Positions 25,175 to 37,689 of a stretch of 64,000 nucleotides of DNA are shown piece by piece (the stretch's first letter is position 1; each line of letters opens with the position of its first letter). The translations under genes were made by a program, and so were the position numbers. The stretch is taken from contig OZ024740.1 in the NCBI GenBank assembly GCA_964016885.1, positions 261,268,001 through 261,332,000 of the forward strand, written 5' to 3'. The stretch is from Eledone cirrhosa. Its lineage: Eukaryota. The notes under the pieces are model-generated. The model had not been told where the DNA came from. It worked only from the letters and a program-made list of their open reading frames with translations, and searched no databases.

Positions 25175-26150
25175 AATGATGACGACATGAAGGCTTGGGT
25201 TAATGTCAGAGGTAACATGTCGGAGCCTATCTCAGTAAAAAATGGAGTGAAACAGGGGGATATTCCAGCACCGACCCAGTTTGCCATATACTTTACAATG
25301 GTTTTCTATGTTGCATTCGGGAATTGCGAGCATGGTGTTTACATCCAATATCGAACCTCTGGCAGCATATTTTACATCAGGCGATTTGCTGCAAAAACAA
25401 AAGTATTTACATCAAACATAAGAGACCTCTTGTATGCAGATGATTGCGATCTTGTAGCGCACACAAAGAGTGATATGCAGCACATTTTGAATGCATTTTC
25501 TGATGCTTGCACTGCTCTAGGATTGACTGTCAGTCTCAAGAAATCTGTCGTCATGTAGTTGGAGTGGTCACCATGCCAGGATGAAGGATTCTAGAATACC
25601 GAAACAACTCTTTTATAGAAAGTTAGTTAAAGGAAAACGACCTCCACATAAACCAAAAAAGAGGTATAAGGATTCGTCGAAAGCCTCTTTCAAAGACGCT
25701 AACATCTCTGCTGATCGTAACAAATGGAGAAAGACTGTACATGAGGGGAAAGTTGCCTTTGAGGCATCTCGAATCGCATACGAGAAAGTAAAAAGGGATG
25801 TGAGGAAGAGCATTGTTGTTGCATTTCCAGACAGCGAAGGTCTTCCTATGGCACTGACATGCAGCGTCTGTGCGAGACTCTGCCTAAGCAAAGCCTGACT
25901 CGAAAGTCATCTTCGCAGTCATAAAGTGTGACCAGTGGTTGACTACCAGGCTGCTGTTGGAGAGGCTACGCATCATGCCTGCCAAGCATGTGGAAGAGAG
26001 TGTAGATCAGCAGGAGGGCTAAAACGACATGCAAAAGTACATGAACTCCAACCACAGCCGGCTACTGCCAGTGAATGTTTTGGCTGCCAACTCTGTACAA
26101 GACATTTTAAATCATTGGCTGGGCTAAAAGGCCATATTCGATCGCAGCAC
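25175..26150 (+). mobile_element. RTE/BovB-like LINE 3' remnant with C-terminal C2H2 fingers
   Basis: GVKQG, LLYADD, RIPKQLFY, KKRYKD, then three CxxC...HxxxH motifs. Confidence 0.8.
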
Positions 26151-26201
26151 TGTTGTTATTGTGTGTGTGTGTATAGATATGTATATGTGTGTGTGCGTAT
26201 A

Positions 26202-26247
<46 letters not shown>

Positions 26248-26250
<3 letters not shown>

Positions 26251-28342
26251 TCATCACCGTTTTACGTCCGTTCTTCCACGCTAGCATGGGTTAGACGGGT
26301 TGTCCTGTTGTGGGCAGTGTCTGGTCGGCTGACCATGCCTTGCTCATACAGGAACTGATCTGGCTTGATTTCTACAGCTGGATGCCCTTCCTAACACCAA
26401 CCTCATTTACAGTGAGTGCTGGGTGCTTTTTCGTGGCGCCTACACGTCCACTTTACAGTGTGGGCTGGGTGCTTTTTTGCCGTGGCACCTCCACGACCAC
26501 CTTGCGGTGGGGGGGGGGGGCATATTGTTTATATGCTTCAGCATGTACCCATGGGAGGTCGGGTACCCTGTATTACTGCGTGACGCCAGAAGTCACGGTC
26601 GTGTGTCATTGACTTTGAGAGGTGTAGTTGGGTAAGGTCGGCTTTTATCACCTCATCCCAAGTCATCTTGGGTCTCCCCACTCCGCGGTTTCCATCAACT
26701 TCTAGTGCTCTGCACCTTTTTATGCAGCTGTCATCCTTCATACGCATCACATGTCCATACCAGCGTAACCGCCTCTCCTGCACGCAGCATTTGATTCCTC
26801 TTATGCTCAGTCTCTCTCTCAATTCATTTATGCTTTGTCGTTCACGTATATTACTGTTACACATCCATCGGAGCATGCAGGCTTCGTTTCTCTCTAATCT
26901 ACGTAAGTCTTCCACCTTCAGCGCCCAGGTCTCACTACCATGCAACATCGCTGTTCGGATACACGCATCATACAGTCTGCCTTTCATTCTGAGGGAGAAG
27001 CCTTTTGCAGCTAGCAGTGGTAGTAGTTCCCTAAACTTCTTCCATCCCGTTCTTACCCTAGTTATTGTACTTTCTGAGCACCCACCTCCGTTGCTAATTC
27101 GGTCACCTAGGTAGCAGAAGCTGTCTACTGTTTCTACAGGGCCCTCCCAGAGATTGGTGGTACTTGTTTCCTGTGGCTGTTTGCTTGCTGTTTCAGCACA
27201 GCTGCTGCATGTGAATCCTACATTCTTAATTAAGCTTCCTGAGATCCCGCTACATCTCTTGTGTACCCATTGTTTGCATTTGGGGCAAAGAATGGAGTTC
27301 CTACCTACACCTTTCCTACATACTGAGCAAGGCCATTTCCCTGAGGGGATCTGGGTTCTGTTTTCTCGTCTACTTATAAGGACCTTAGTCTTTGTCATGT
27401 TGACTTTGAGGCCCTTTCTCTCTAGTCCCTGCTTCCAGGTTTGGAATTTATTCTCTAGTTCTACCATAGATTCAGCTATGAGTGCGAGGTCATCAGCATA
27501 CAGGAGTTCCCATGGGCATCCGGTCTTAAACTCCTCCGTTATTGCCTGCAGGACTATGATGAACAGGAGAGGGCTAAGAACAGAGCCCTGGTGGACCCCA
27601 ACCTGTACGCTAAATTCCTCGCTATACTCATTGCCAATCCTAACTTTGCTGACTGCTCCCCTATACATGGCTTGTACCGCTTTCACAAGCCATTCATCTA
27701 CTCCTAGTTTTCTAAGAGCCCACCAGATTACTGCACGTGGAACTCTGTCAAAGGCTTTCTCAAGGTCGACAAATGCCAAGTAGAGTGGCTTACTTTTAGC
27801 TAGGTACTTTTCCTGTAATTGCCTCACAAGGAAGAGCGCATCAGTGGTGCCTTTCCCTGGAACAAACCCAAATTGCATCTCGTCTATATTCACCCGGTCC
27901 CTAATCAGCTGTGCTATAACTCTTTCTGTTACTTTCATGACCTGGTCCATCAACTTTATACCTCTATAGTTTCCTCTATCTAGTGCATCGCCTTTACCTT
28001 TGTAGCAGTTGACAATGATGCTACTGCACCAATCTTTTGGTATGGCCCCCTCTAGTATTACCTGGTTAACGATACGTGTGGTTATAGTGTGACCTACAGA
28101 CCCAGATGCCTTCAGCATCTCGGCAGCTATACCCGATGGACCGGTTGCCTTCCCTATCTTCATATCTCTGATTGCCTTACTTACTACGCTGCCGCTGACT
28201 TGTACTGCTGGTCCCTCTATAGGGTCTACGTGGGGTAGGGTCTCTTCTTCCCATGCATTCTCCTCATTTAGTAATCTATCATAATGACTCTTCCATGCAT
28301 CTTTCTTCTCAGCACTTGTGAGGGCAAGCTCACCTTTATCAT
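26248..28342 (-). mobile_element. RTE LINE, 5'-truncated, with an uninterrupted RT reading frame (copy C; ORF 26538-28163)
   Basis: 541-aa ORF with all RT motifs and an internal C4HC3 finger; ends in a (GAT)n tail. Confidence 0.95.
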
Positions 28343-29889
28343 ATATATATATATAATTAGTCCCTCATCAGTAATCTGCCAACGATCATTGGTATTTCAT
28401 CGCATTAAAAATCAATGATCGTTGGCAAATCACTGATGAGGGAGTAATTTTATAATATGTAATCCATGTGCAACCATGCAGTATTCTTCTCCCCATATTT
28501 TTCATATATGTATATATATATGTATATATATATATATATATATAAATTTAAATTAGCGAGAATCGTATTTCGGCTTAGGAATTAACGAAAAGAGTAAAGG
28601 TATGCTACATCGTTAACCTTCACGGACTGCTGTTTCGTGGTCTCTCTGCTGGATTCCCTAAGTACTTGTATTTATAATAACCCTATAGCTAGAAGGATGT
28701 GTATATATGGGTTAATTTATGAGTAACTATGTGTGTTTCATCTGTCGCGAACCTGGGGTCACAGGTCAAGTGGCATGTACGTTTATAGTGGCTAATGGTG
28801 GGAAATTCCCAACAATAGGTGGTCCCAGAAGCGAGAACTCTTAGATTCGGTTTCGAATCTTCGCCGGTAAAACATAGGAGTATTCCGTTACATATATATA
28901 TTATGATATATATATATATATATTCATGTATGTGTTCCACCCTTGCAAGCAGGGAAAAGCGGACGTAAAATGATAATGATGAAGATGATGATGTGTGTGT
29001 GTGTAGTATTGGATGCATGGCCCTCCCAAAGTATAACAATCTTTCTTTTTCTTTTAACTCATAACTCCTAGTGAAGTTGTAGGGGCAACGTATTGACATA
29101 CAGCATATGTAGGGCATTATTTTTTAAAAACCTAGCTGAGCTCGTCTCCTCTCCAGGTCTGAACACAACCGATTTTTTCCAGAGAACGATAGAGAGAAAG
29201 TGAAAATGTGATATAGAAGAAGAATCGACCCGAGTACTAGACTGGTACTTTTTTTTTTTATTGAACTTGAAAGGATGGAAGGCAAAGTTCAACTCAGCGG
29301 GATTTGAACTCAGAGTGTAAAGATCTCATATGAATACTGCAAAGCATTCTATCTGATGTTCCAATGACTGCAAATTCATTGCCTCAAAGTATAACAATAT
29401 ATATGTGTATGTGTGTTTTTATTTAATTAGAAGCAAAATTTATTAATTATAAGCAAAATTTGAGGCTGCATGACGACCCTCTGAAAGTATAACAATCTTC
29501 TTTTTAAGACCTGTAACTCCTGGGAAGTAGTAGAGGCATTGTATTGACATATGGCGTTTCTAGGGAATTATTGCTGCTAGCAAATACTCTGCTGATATCA
29601 TCTGCAATGTTAGTTTTGACAGTGCTGGCTGCCAACAGGAAAGACTCATTGTAAAATTTGGTGACTTCAGCATCCGATCTACTGCTGGCCTATCTACCGT
29701 CTATCACTTTCAGTTACGTTCTCATCAGCGAGGTCCTCCACAAGACAGCAGAACCACACATGGATTTGGAACTGTAGTTAGCTTTGGCCAGTTGGATTGA
29801 CGAAGGCCTTGCCATCTCCCACTATGCAGATATCCTATGCAACTGGGATGACAAGTGCAGGTCAGCCTTCAGGTTGTTTGAATCTTCCT

Positions 29890-30083
29890 TGTTGTATTAT
29901 TTTGTACCAAATCAAAGGTTTTTATTCAACCTAAGAATAATATAGAAAGAGTCAATAAGAGAAGAAATTAGTATGGGTCAACAATACAACAAACAAGGAC
30001 AGAGCGAATACAACGAATAAGAATAAAAAGGAATCAAATCAAAGAGAAGAAAGTGATGATATAAAACAAATCATATCATCACA
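29890..30083 (-). repeat. 3' LTR of Gypsy element 2
   Basis: TG...CA ends, preceded on - by PPT AGAGGGAAAGAA; direct repeat of 33673-33866. Confidence 0.9.
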
Positions 30084-33000
30084 TTCTTTCCCTCTAGCGT
30101 TAATTGTTGTATCGCATTGGCCTCACTACTAAGCGTCCTCGGCGTGTTCTTTGTTGTTGGGGTGTGTTATTCGAGGTTAAGAATGTGTCAGAAGATTCAT
30201 CGTCGTAGAATTCAGCACTCTCTGTAGGATTGTCATCGGTGGTAGATGTCATACTTTCGTTCCCAACTGCCACAGGTGTATATATTGCTGTTGGTTGAGT
30301 TATTATTCTGACACTCCGATGTTGTTGAATTTCCATTGTTTTGTGGTGATGCTGCTGGTGCAAGATTTGTAGTTGAGACTATGTCTATTTTTCCACTATT
30401 AAATTGTACCTTGGCAAAGTGGGGTGAGATCGTCTCGATGAGTTGAACGTTTTCCGTGAGATCATCACCTTTATTCCTTATGTGATGTCGATGTAGCACA
30501 ATTGTGCCCGGTTTATTTAGAAACTCTGGTATTTCTGTGCCGTTGTTTGTAGATCTGGTGAATGAAAATACTCTTTCATGTGGCGTGGCGTTTGTAGCAA
30601 TGCAAAGCAATCCTCGGATAGACGACAGAGCGATTGGAATCATGTTACTCCATTTTTATTGAGATTATTTGTCTTCAATGCCAGACTTATTGCTTTGCAT
30701 ATTGTGCCCTTAACTCTTTCGCATTGGCCATTGGCTTGGGGTCGATATGGCGTGGTGTGGCTTTTTATAATGTTATTACTCCATAAGAAATCTTTGAGTT
30801 TTTGTGATTCAAATTGACGTCCCTATCTGTATGAAACGAACTGGGTTTTCCAAATATAGAGAATATCTCCAATATATGTTTAATTACTACATCCATTGTT
30901 ATCTCTTTACAGGGAATGACGAATGGAAAACGTGAGTACTCGACAACTATAGTTAACATAAATCGAAAACCGTTTGAGATAGCCATGGGACCCACAAAGT
31001 CCATTGATAGTCTTTCCCAGGGTCTAGGTGGCATGTATTAATCTTCCTTTGTGTGGTTTATAGAATTATGGTTTACATTCACGACATATTTTGCAATTGG
31101 CGATAACTTCTCTTATTTCATTATTAGAATATGCCAAGTTCATTGATTTATAATAATGTAGAAGTCTGGTGACCCCCGGATGACATAGACGTGAGTGAAT
31201 ATTGTATAATTCGTGTTGTCTTAGTAGAGCAGCAGCGCAATAGGGCGTGTGCGGCTTTGTTTAATGAACCAAGTCTATATGAGAAGGTAAGGTTAAGATC
31301 GCTTAGCTCCAGTCCAGTCGCCAGCGGGCTACCTTCTCGTTTTTAATCTTGGAAGTGTGTTTTTTGTTGAACGCAAATGCAACCGATCATTGGTCTGTTA
31401 TGATATTACAATGTGGAACAGCGCTGATCATATGCCTCCATTTTCTACAACATTCTATAATTGCGCAAGCTTCCTTTTCGATGATGGAATGTCCTCTTTC
31501 TGACTTATTTAGAGTTCTACTAAGAAAAGCAATTGGACGACCATTTTGTGATAGAGTTCCGCCAATGGCATTATTTGATGCGTTGGTTTCGATTATAAAT
31601 GGTGCAGTGAAATCGGGTGAACACAGTGATGCCTTTATGAGTTCTTCCTTCATCTTATTAATAGTAGATTTTTCTTCGTTTGATAGACCTTGTTTATCAA
31701 TGGTGTTTCTTGCTTTTGTAAGAACGACTGAGAGGTTAGAAGAGCCCTTAATCAATTTAGCATAGTATGTAAAAAGACCGATTACCCGGTTCAACTCTTT
31801 TAACGTCTTTGGGAACGGCGTGTCAATGAGGGGTTTATACCTTTCAGGGTCCGGTTTTAATTTACCTTTTTCTATGACATGTCCAAGGAAATGTATTCTA
31901 TTTTGATTAAAGCTACATTTGTCTCGATTCAATTGCATACCTGCATTGTAGCTGCATTCATGATTGCTTTAGGTTATGTTATGTTCTTCGACTGTGTCTC
32001 TTCCTATAATAATGTCGTCAAGGTATGAGTAGGTATTTTGTAAATTGTAATTGTCTATGAAAGTGTCCATTATTCGTTGGAAAATTGGAACGGCATTTGT
32101 GCATCCAAACGGAAGACGGGTAAATTCGTATAGTCGGCCACGGAAGATTTGATGGGTATTTGGTGATAAGCCGCCTTTAAATTTATTTTCGAGAAATACG
32201 TGTGTTTTGAAATTTTGTTGAGTAGGTCTTCGATTATGGCATTAGGGTATGAATCTAATGGTGTGTAACGATTTATAGTGCCTGAGTAGTCTATGACAAA
32301 ACGTTTTTTGTTTTCTTGATCTATTACGAAGCACTGTGCTCTCCATGGGCTTCTGCTCTGTTGAATTAGTCCAGCTTTAAGCATTCTGTGGATTTCCGTT
32401 TTAATGAATTGCTTGTCTTTATTGTATTTTCGAGGAGGTATAGATAATGGTTTTAATTTTGTAGTATCGATACCAGGCATTAAATCATATTCTTCACAAT
32501 TCAGAGTTTGCATTGACATACATATCGTGACTGGTCTCATGTCCCCCGCATATTTTATTGTTAAGGACTTATGGCTTTTAAGTATATCAAGACCCATAAC
32601 TACTGGAGCAATGAGTTTGTCAACCACCATTAGATCGATGTGGTATTGTCGGCCCTCCCATTCTAATGTTGTTTCAAACGCACCTCGTATTATGAGTTTA
32701 CTGTTGTCGGCTAAAATTGCACTCTTATTCTTAGTTTTCTTGAATTTACTTTGCCATTTCGACAAGAGGTTCATGTCAATGAAAGACTTGTCTGAGCCTG
32801 TGTCAAGTAAACCTTCTGTTTTATGTGAATTGACATAAATTGTTAAAAGGTTTGTATTATGATTCACGGAAGCAAGTTTATAACAGGCAGCAAGATTACT
32901 GCCATCATAGGCTTCATCGGAGCCCTCGTTATTATTCAAGACTCCTGCGCGTTTTATCTTCTTTAGTACCTTCTTATTTTTAACAAAACATACTGTTTCC

Positions 33001-33672
33001 CAGTGGCCATTCTTGTGGCAGAAATTGCAAGTTGAATTTTTTGCAGGGCACTCTGATATTTGGTGATATGAACCACCACACCAGAAACATTTTGATGAAG
33101 AAGCAGCGAATACGGGTTGTGACGGCGGTTGTATTATTGTTGTTGACAGATTTTGTGCGTCTTCTATTGCTAGTTCTAATGTGAGAGCGGTTTGGAATAT
33201 TTTATCTAGATTTTCGTCAGGCGATTCCATAAGTCGTTGTTTTATGGTGGCGGATTGAACAACAAACACGAACGCATCACAAATCAACAATTGTCTATGT
33301 TGTTCCCTTGTTAGGGGTTTAGTGGGGCATTTCTTTGCGAGGGCTTTTAATTCAGTCATGTAGGCCTCCAATGATTGCCCTTCTTGTTGACGATGGTTGC
33401 GTCGTTTATGTCGGGTCATTATTGCTGAGCCTTTCTTTTGAAATTTATTATCAAGAATGGATAACGCCTCATCGAATGATGTTTCTTCTTCAATGAGAGT
33501 ATAAGCATTGGCTCCGCAAAGAACCAGAAGGACTAACAGCTTACTTTCGTCAGGAACAGACAAGTTTTCCAAATAGATCGCCAACATTCTCTTCCAGTAG
33601 GCAGAATCGGATTCACTAGGATCATCCGGAAGAATTTTCTTGAATATTTTCGGATCCATGATTGAATAAAAT

Positions 33673-33866
33673 TGTTGTATTATTTTGTACCAAATTAAAG
33701 ATTTTTATTCAATCTAGGAATAATATAGAAAGAGTCAATAAGAGAAGAAATTAGTATGGGTCAACAATACAACAAACAAGAACAGAGCGAATACAACGAA
33801 TAAGAATAAAAAGTAATCAAATCAAAGAGAAGAAAGTGATGCTATAAAACAAATCATATCATCACC
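33673..33866 (-). repeat. 5' LTR of Gypsy element 2
   Basis: Repeat of 29890-30083 with a few substitutions. Confidence 0.9.
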
Positions 33867-34265
33867 ATCTTGCCTACCTTCATTCTGCTTTGCAGCCAAA
33901 CAGAGGTGCATGGCTCTATTCAATGCCTTCCTTATCAACTGGCACTCTTCTTCGTGATGAATGCACATGCATTGAATCCACAACAAATGTCGTGGATCCG
34001 TTGCTGACAAGTTCGGTCTGAACCTGCTTTCCTGCTGCCATGGAACAGGTTGGTTTCCACAACATTCTGCTCAGAACAACATCATCAGAAAGAGCCTCAA
34101 CGTGTCCAGCTTCCTGTCACAACTGTGGCGATAGTAAACGTTCAAACGGGATAATCTCTTCCCATTCGAGGGAGGTAAATCTCTAATGGGACGCCATCTG
34201 CTGTAACTCGTTCTCCGCCTCCAGTCTCGGCCGTAATTCAGATGAGAGTTAGATAACCAAATAAT

Positions 34266-34446
34266 TGTTTCTACTTTTGGCACAAGGCCAGCAATCACCC
34301 AGTACATTACTGGTACTTTATTTTATCGACCCGTATGGATGAAAGACAAAGTTAACCTCGGCGGGATTTGAACTCAGATCATAAAGGGACGTAACTATGC
34401 TGGAAAGCATGTCCGAGCCTCTACCGATACTGCCAATTCACCGCCC
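34266..34446 (-). mobile_element. tRNA-derived SINE (second family) with a 15-bp TSD
   Basis: B-box GAGTTCAAATCC; TSD agataaccaaataat at 34251 and 34447. Relatives at ~14848, ~29225, 45272 and ~59370. Confidence 0.85.
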
Positions 34447-34922
34447 AGATAACCAAATAATAGCAGTCAGTTTTCTTTGGTCTCCGAACTGCTGATTTCC
34501 TCTGCAGCCCGACTGAGGAAGGAGCCCCGTGAGGTGGGGGTGATTGCTAGCCATTCTCTGCGATTTTGTCTGTGGGGCGCAGTCAGAGCATTCCGCTCGA
34601 GTCGGGGAGTACAGTCAGGCGCTTCGTTCCCACTTTCCCTTCCTTTCGTTGTTTAATTTCTCTTTTCTTTTTATTCCTTTTTTCTCTATCTTTTTCCTTT
34701 CAATATATTTTTTTTAAATAAGATGTTCATATTTTTAGATATGATTGAAGTTACTTTCGGAATGTATAACATCATATTAGAGACATTTAATTCATATCAC
34801 CGGTATCATTTACCCAAGGGAAACACTTTCAACAACACCGTCTACTAAATGTCATTCTGAATTCACCAAATTTAATTACATCGTGTACAATAATTATGTG
34901 GATAACTACTTATATGTTTCAG

Positions 34923-34984
34923 GAACGAAATTTCATCACTTACCGTGATTAAATATATAACATCATCACAAACTACACCGCATG
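34923..34984 (+). other. Putative 62-nt upstream exon of zinc-finger gene A
   Basis: tttcag|...|gtgagc. Conserved with splice sites in the paralog at 58161-58222 (-). Confidence 0.55.
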
Positions 34985-36294
34985 GTGAGCTCTGTTATAG
35001 TGAACACGAACAATAGGTTGAAATCATCAACCAGTTTCCTGGGCCTTCATTTTTCAGTTCGTCTTTAATTGGAAATCAAGAATTATTTGTATTACCATCA
35101 CAGAACACATTGTCTACTTTCGTATATTCCTTGGTGAAAAAATTTGTATTATCAGAACTGCACGCAAACAGACATTTGTACTCACACAAATATATACATA
35201 TATATCTTCATCATTTATTGTATGACACACACACACATTTTCTTTCTCCCATATTGGTCTTATACTATCATGTTGTTTTTTACTTTATGTAAAGCATACC
35301 ATCACAAAGTACATTGTCTACTTTCGTATATTCTTTGATTAAACATCTTGAATTATTAGGACTTACAGACATATTATATTTGTATTCTCACAAATATTTA
35401 TATATACAGGCTCCAGTTATTGGATGGGACACACACACACACACACACACACAAATTCTATATATACATTTTCTTTCTACTGTATTAGTCTTATACTATC
35501 ATGTTTTTTTTGTTTACTTTCGTACATTCTTTGGTGAAGAAGAAGCTTATTATTTCTCCGATATTGGCCTTATAATATCATATTGTTTCTTACTTTAAAC
35601 AAATACGATCATTACAGACTACAATAGAAGAACGTTGATTTCATCAGTCATCCTAGGACACTATATTTTGTACTATCATATTTGCATTTCTTAACGTAGA
35701 AATAGATTTTTTTCTTGTCTTGTATTCAGTCATATGTGTCCCACGTGGAGATGACCAACAACAAAACAATTTCTAGTGGTAAGTAGAAAATATATCTTCG
35801 TTGCATATGTGTTCACAGTTTGAGGATATATAAGACAAGAAACTGAATTATAACATTATTCCTCATCTAATCTAATTATATCATGTTAACAGAGTCCCAG
35901 GATATCTAAGTCACGAAACTGAATCACAATATATTAAATACTGCAATCATTATAAATAGAGTCCTAATATATCTAAGACAAGAAACTGATGTCTAATCTA
36001 ATCATATCATGTTAACAGACACCTGTCATATCTAACACAAAAAATGACCTATATTATATATTACACACACACAGGCATTTCAGTTTTTTTATGATTTTTT
36101 TAGAAAATTCATATGGAGAACGTTAATCACTTTGACACTTATAACGTAACTTTTCCGAACGATATGGATTAAAATACACAGATATACAGTGATAAACCTT
36201 TATGTAGTGAAACATTTACTGAACAAAGATCATGAATATAGCTGTGTGATTTGTCAGAAAACGTTCTCTTCGGTACAGAAAGTCTTCATACAGT

Positions 36295-37689
36295 ATGTTA
36301 ACTATGCAAAAAAGGGCAGAAACTGGAGATGAGGCGTTTCATTGTGAAATATGTGGAAAATATTTCAGTGAAAAATCTCGTCTTGTTGTTCACAAAAGAA
36401 CACACACCGGAGAAAGACCTTATTCCTGTGAAATATGTGGCAAATCATTCTCTGTTAAGTTTATTCTTGCAACTCACAAAAGAATACATACTGGAGAAAA
36501 ACCTTATCATTGTGAAATATGTGGGAAATCATTTTCTGGTAATGCTGATCTTGTAGTTCACAAAAGAACCCACGCTGCAGAAAACCCATTTCACTGTGAG
36601 ATATGTGGGAAATCTTTCACTCAGAATTCAAGTCTTGCTAGACACCAGCTTATACACTCAGGAGAAAAACCTTATTATTGTGAAATATGTGGCAAATCTT
36701 TCAATGAAAATTCTCATCTTGTAGTTCACAAAAGAACACACACTGGAGAAAATCCATTTCATTGTGAGATATGTGGGATGTCTTTTATGTGTAATAAATA
36801 TTTAACAAAACACAAAAGAACACACACTGGAAAAAAAACCTATCATTGTAAAATATGCGGGAAACCTTTCACTCACAGTTCTTATCTTGCAACCCACCAA
36901 CGTAGACACACTGGAGATGAGCCCTACCATTGTGAAGTATGTGGGAAATATTTTGGCTCAAACAATAATTTAATGAGACACAAAAGATCCCATACTGGAG
37001 AAAAACATTATTCCTGTGAAATATGTGGAAAAACTTTCACTGAAAACTCTAGTCTCATAAGACACCAACGGGGACACACTGGAGAAAAACCCTGTCATTG
37101 TGAAATATGTGGGAAATCTTTTGCTCACACTGCTCATCTTGCAACCCACATACGTAGACACACTGGAGATAAACCCTATCATTGTGATATATGTGGAAAA
37201 TCATTTTTCAGTAACAGTGATTTTGCAAGGCACAAAAGCATACACACTGGAAAAAACCCCTATCATTGTGAAATATGTGGGAAAACATTTTCTCATAACT
37301 CTAGTCTTGTAGTTCACATACGGGCTCATACTGGAGAAAAACCTTTTTCCTGTGAAATATGTGGCAAATCATTTTCTGTTAATTATACTCTTTCAAGACA
37401 CAAAGAAATACACACTAGAGAAACAGAGTTTTATTGTGAAATCTGTGGAAAATACTTCTCTGATAATTCTAATCTGGTGTGTCACAAAAGAATACATGCT
37501 GGAGAAAAACCCTATGAATGTGAAATATGTAAGAAATCTTTCATCAGTAAAAGTAAGTTAACTATACACAAACGAACACACACAGGGGAAAAACCGTTTC
37601 ATTGTGAAATATGTGGGAAATCTTTCACTCAGAAATCTAGTCTTGCTAGACACCAAATTAGTCACTCTGGAGAAAAACCTTTCCACTGA
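36295..37689 (+). CDS. Tandem C2H2 zinc-finger protein A (16 fingers)
   Basis: Repeated CxxC-x12-HxxxH units with TGEKP-type linkers; the array is in a single exon. Confidence 0.9.
   Translation: MLTMQKRAETGDEAFHCEICGKYFSEKSRLVVHKRTHTGERPYSCEICGKSFSVKFILATHKRIHTGEKPYHCEICGKSFSGNADLVVHKRTHAAENPFHCEICGKSFTQNSSLARHQLIHSGEKPYYCEICGKSFNENSHLVVHKRTHTGENPFHCEICGMSFMCNKYLTKHKRTHTGKKTYHCKICGKPFTHSSYLATHQRRHTGDEPYHCEVCGKYFGSNNNLMRHKRSHTGEKHYSCEICGKTFTENSSLIRHQRGHTGEKPCHCEICGKSFAHTAHLATHIRRHTGDKPYHCDICGKSFFSNSDFARHKSIHTGKNPYHCEICGKTFSHNSSLVVHIRAHTGEKPFSCEICGKSFSVNYTLSRHKEIHTRETEFYCEICGKYFSDNSNLVCHKRIHAGEKPYECEICKKSFISKSKLTIHKRTHTGEKPFHCEICGKSFTQKSSLARHQISHSGEKPFH

Larger units (their letters stand above)
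29890..33866 (-). mobile_element. Full-length compact Gypsy LTR retrotransposon (gag-pol in one frame), defective
   Basis: Two LTRs of ~194 bp. Gag zinc knuckles, LLDTGS protease, SPWRAQ RT, RNase H EKEACA, integrase LSMDFVGP. Frameshifts are present. Confidence 0.92.

Noticed and set aside
26668-27783. Long antisense ORFs over RTE and Gypsy coding regions (also 20804-21475)
   Set aside because: Shadow frames of TE genes with no independent motifs.
37687-37689. Selenocysteine readthrough at a Cys-position TGA
   Set aside because: The downstream finger is degenerate and frameshifted and no SECIS was recognised; a simple nonsense mutation is more likely.
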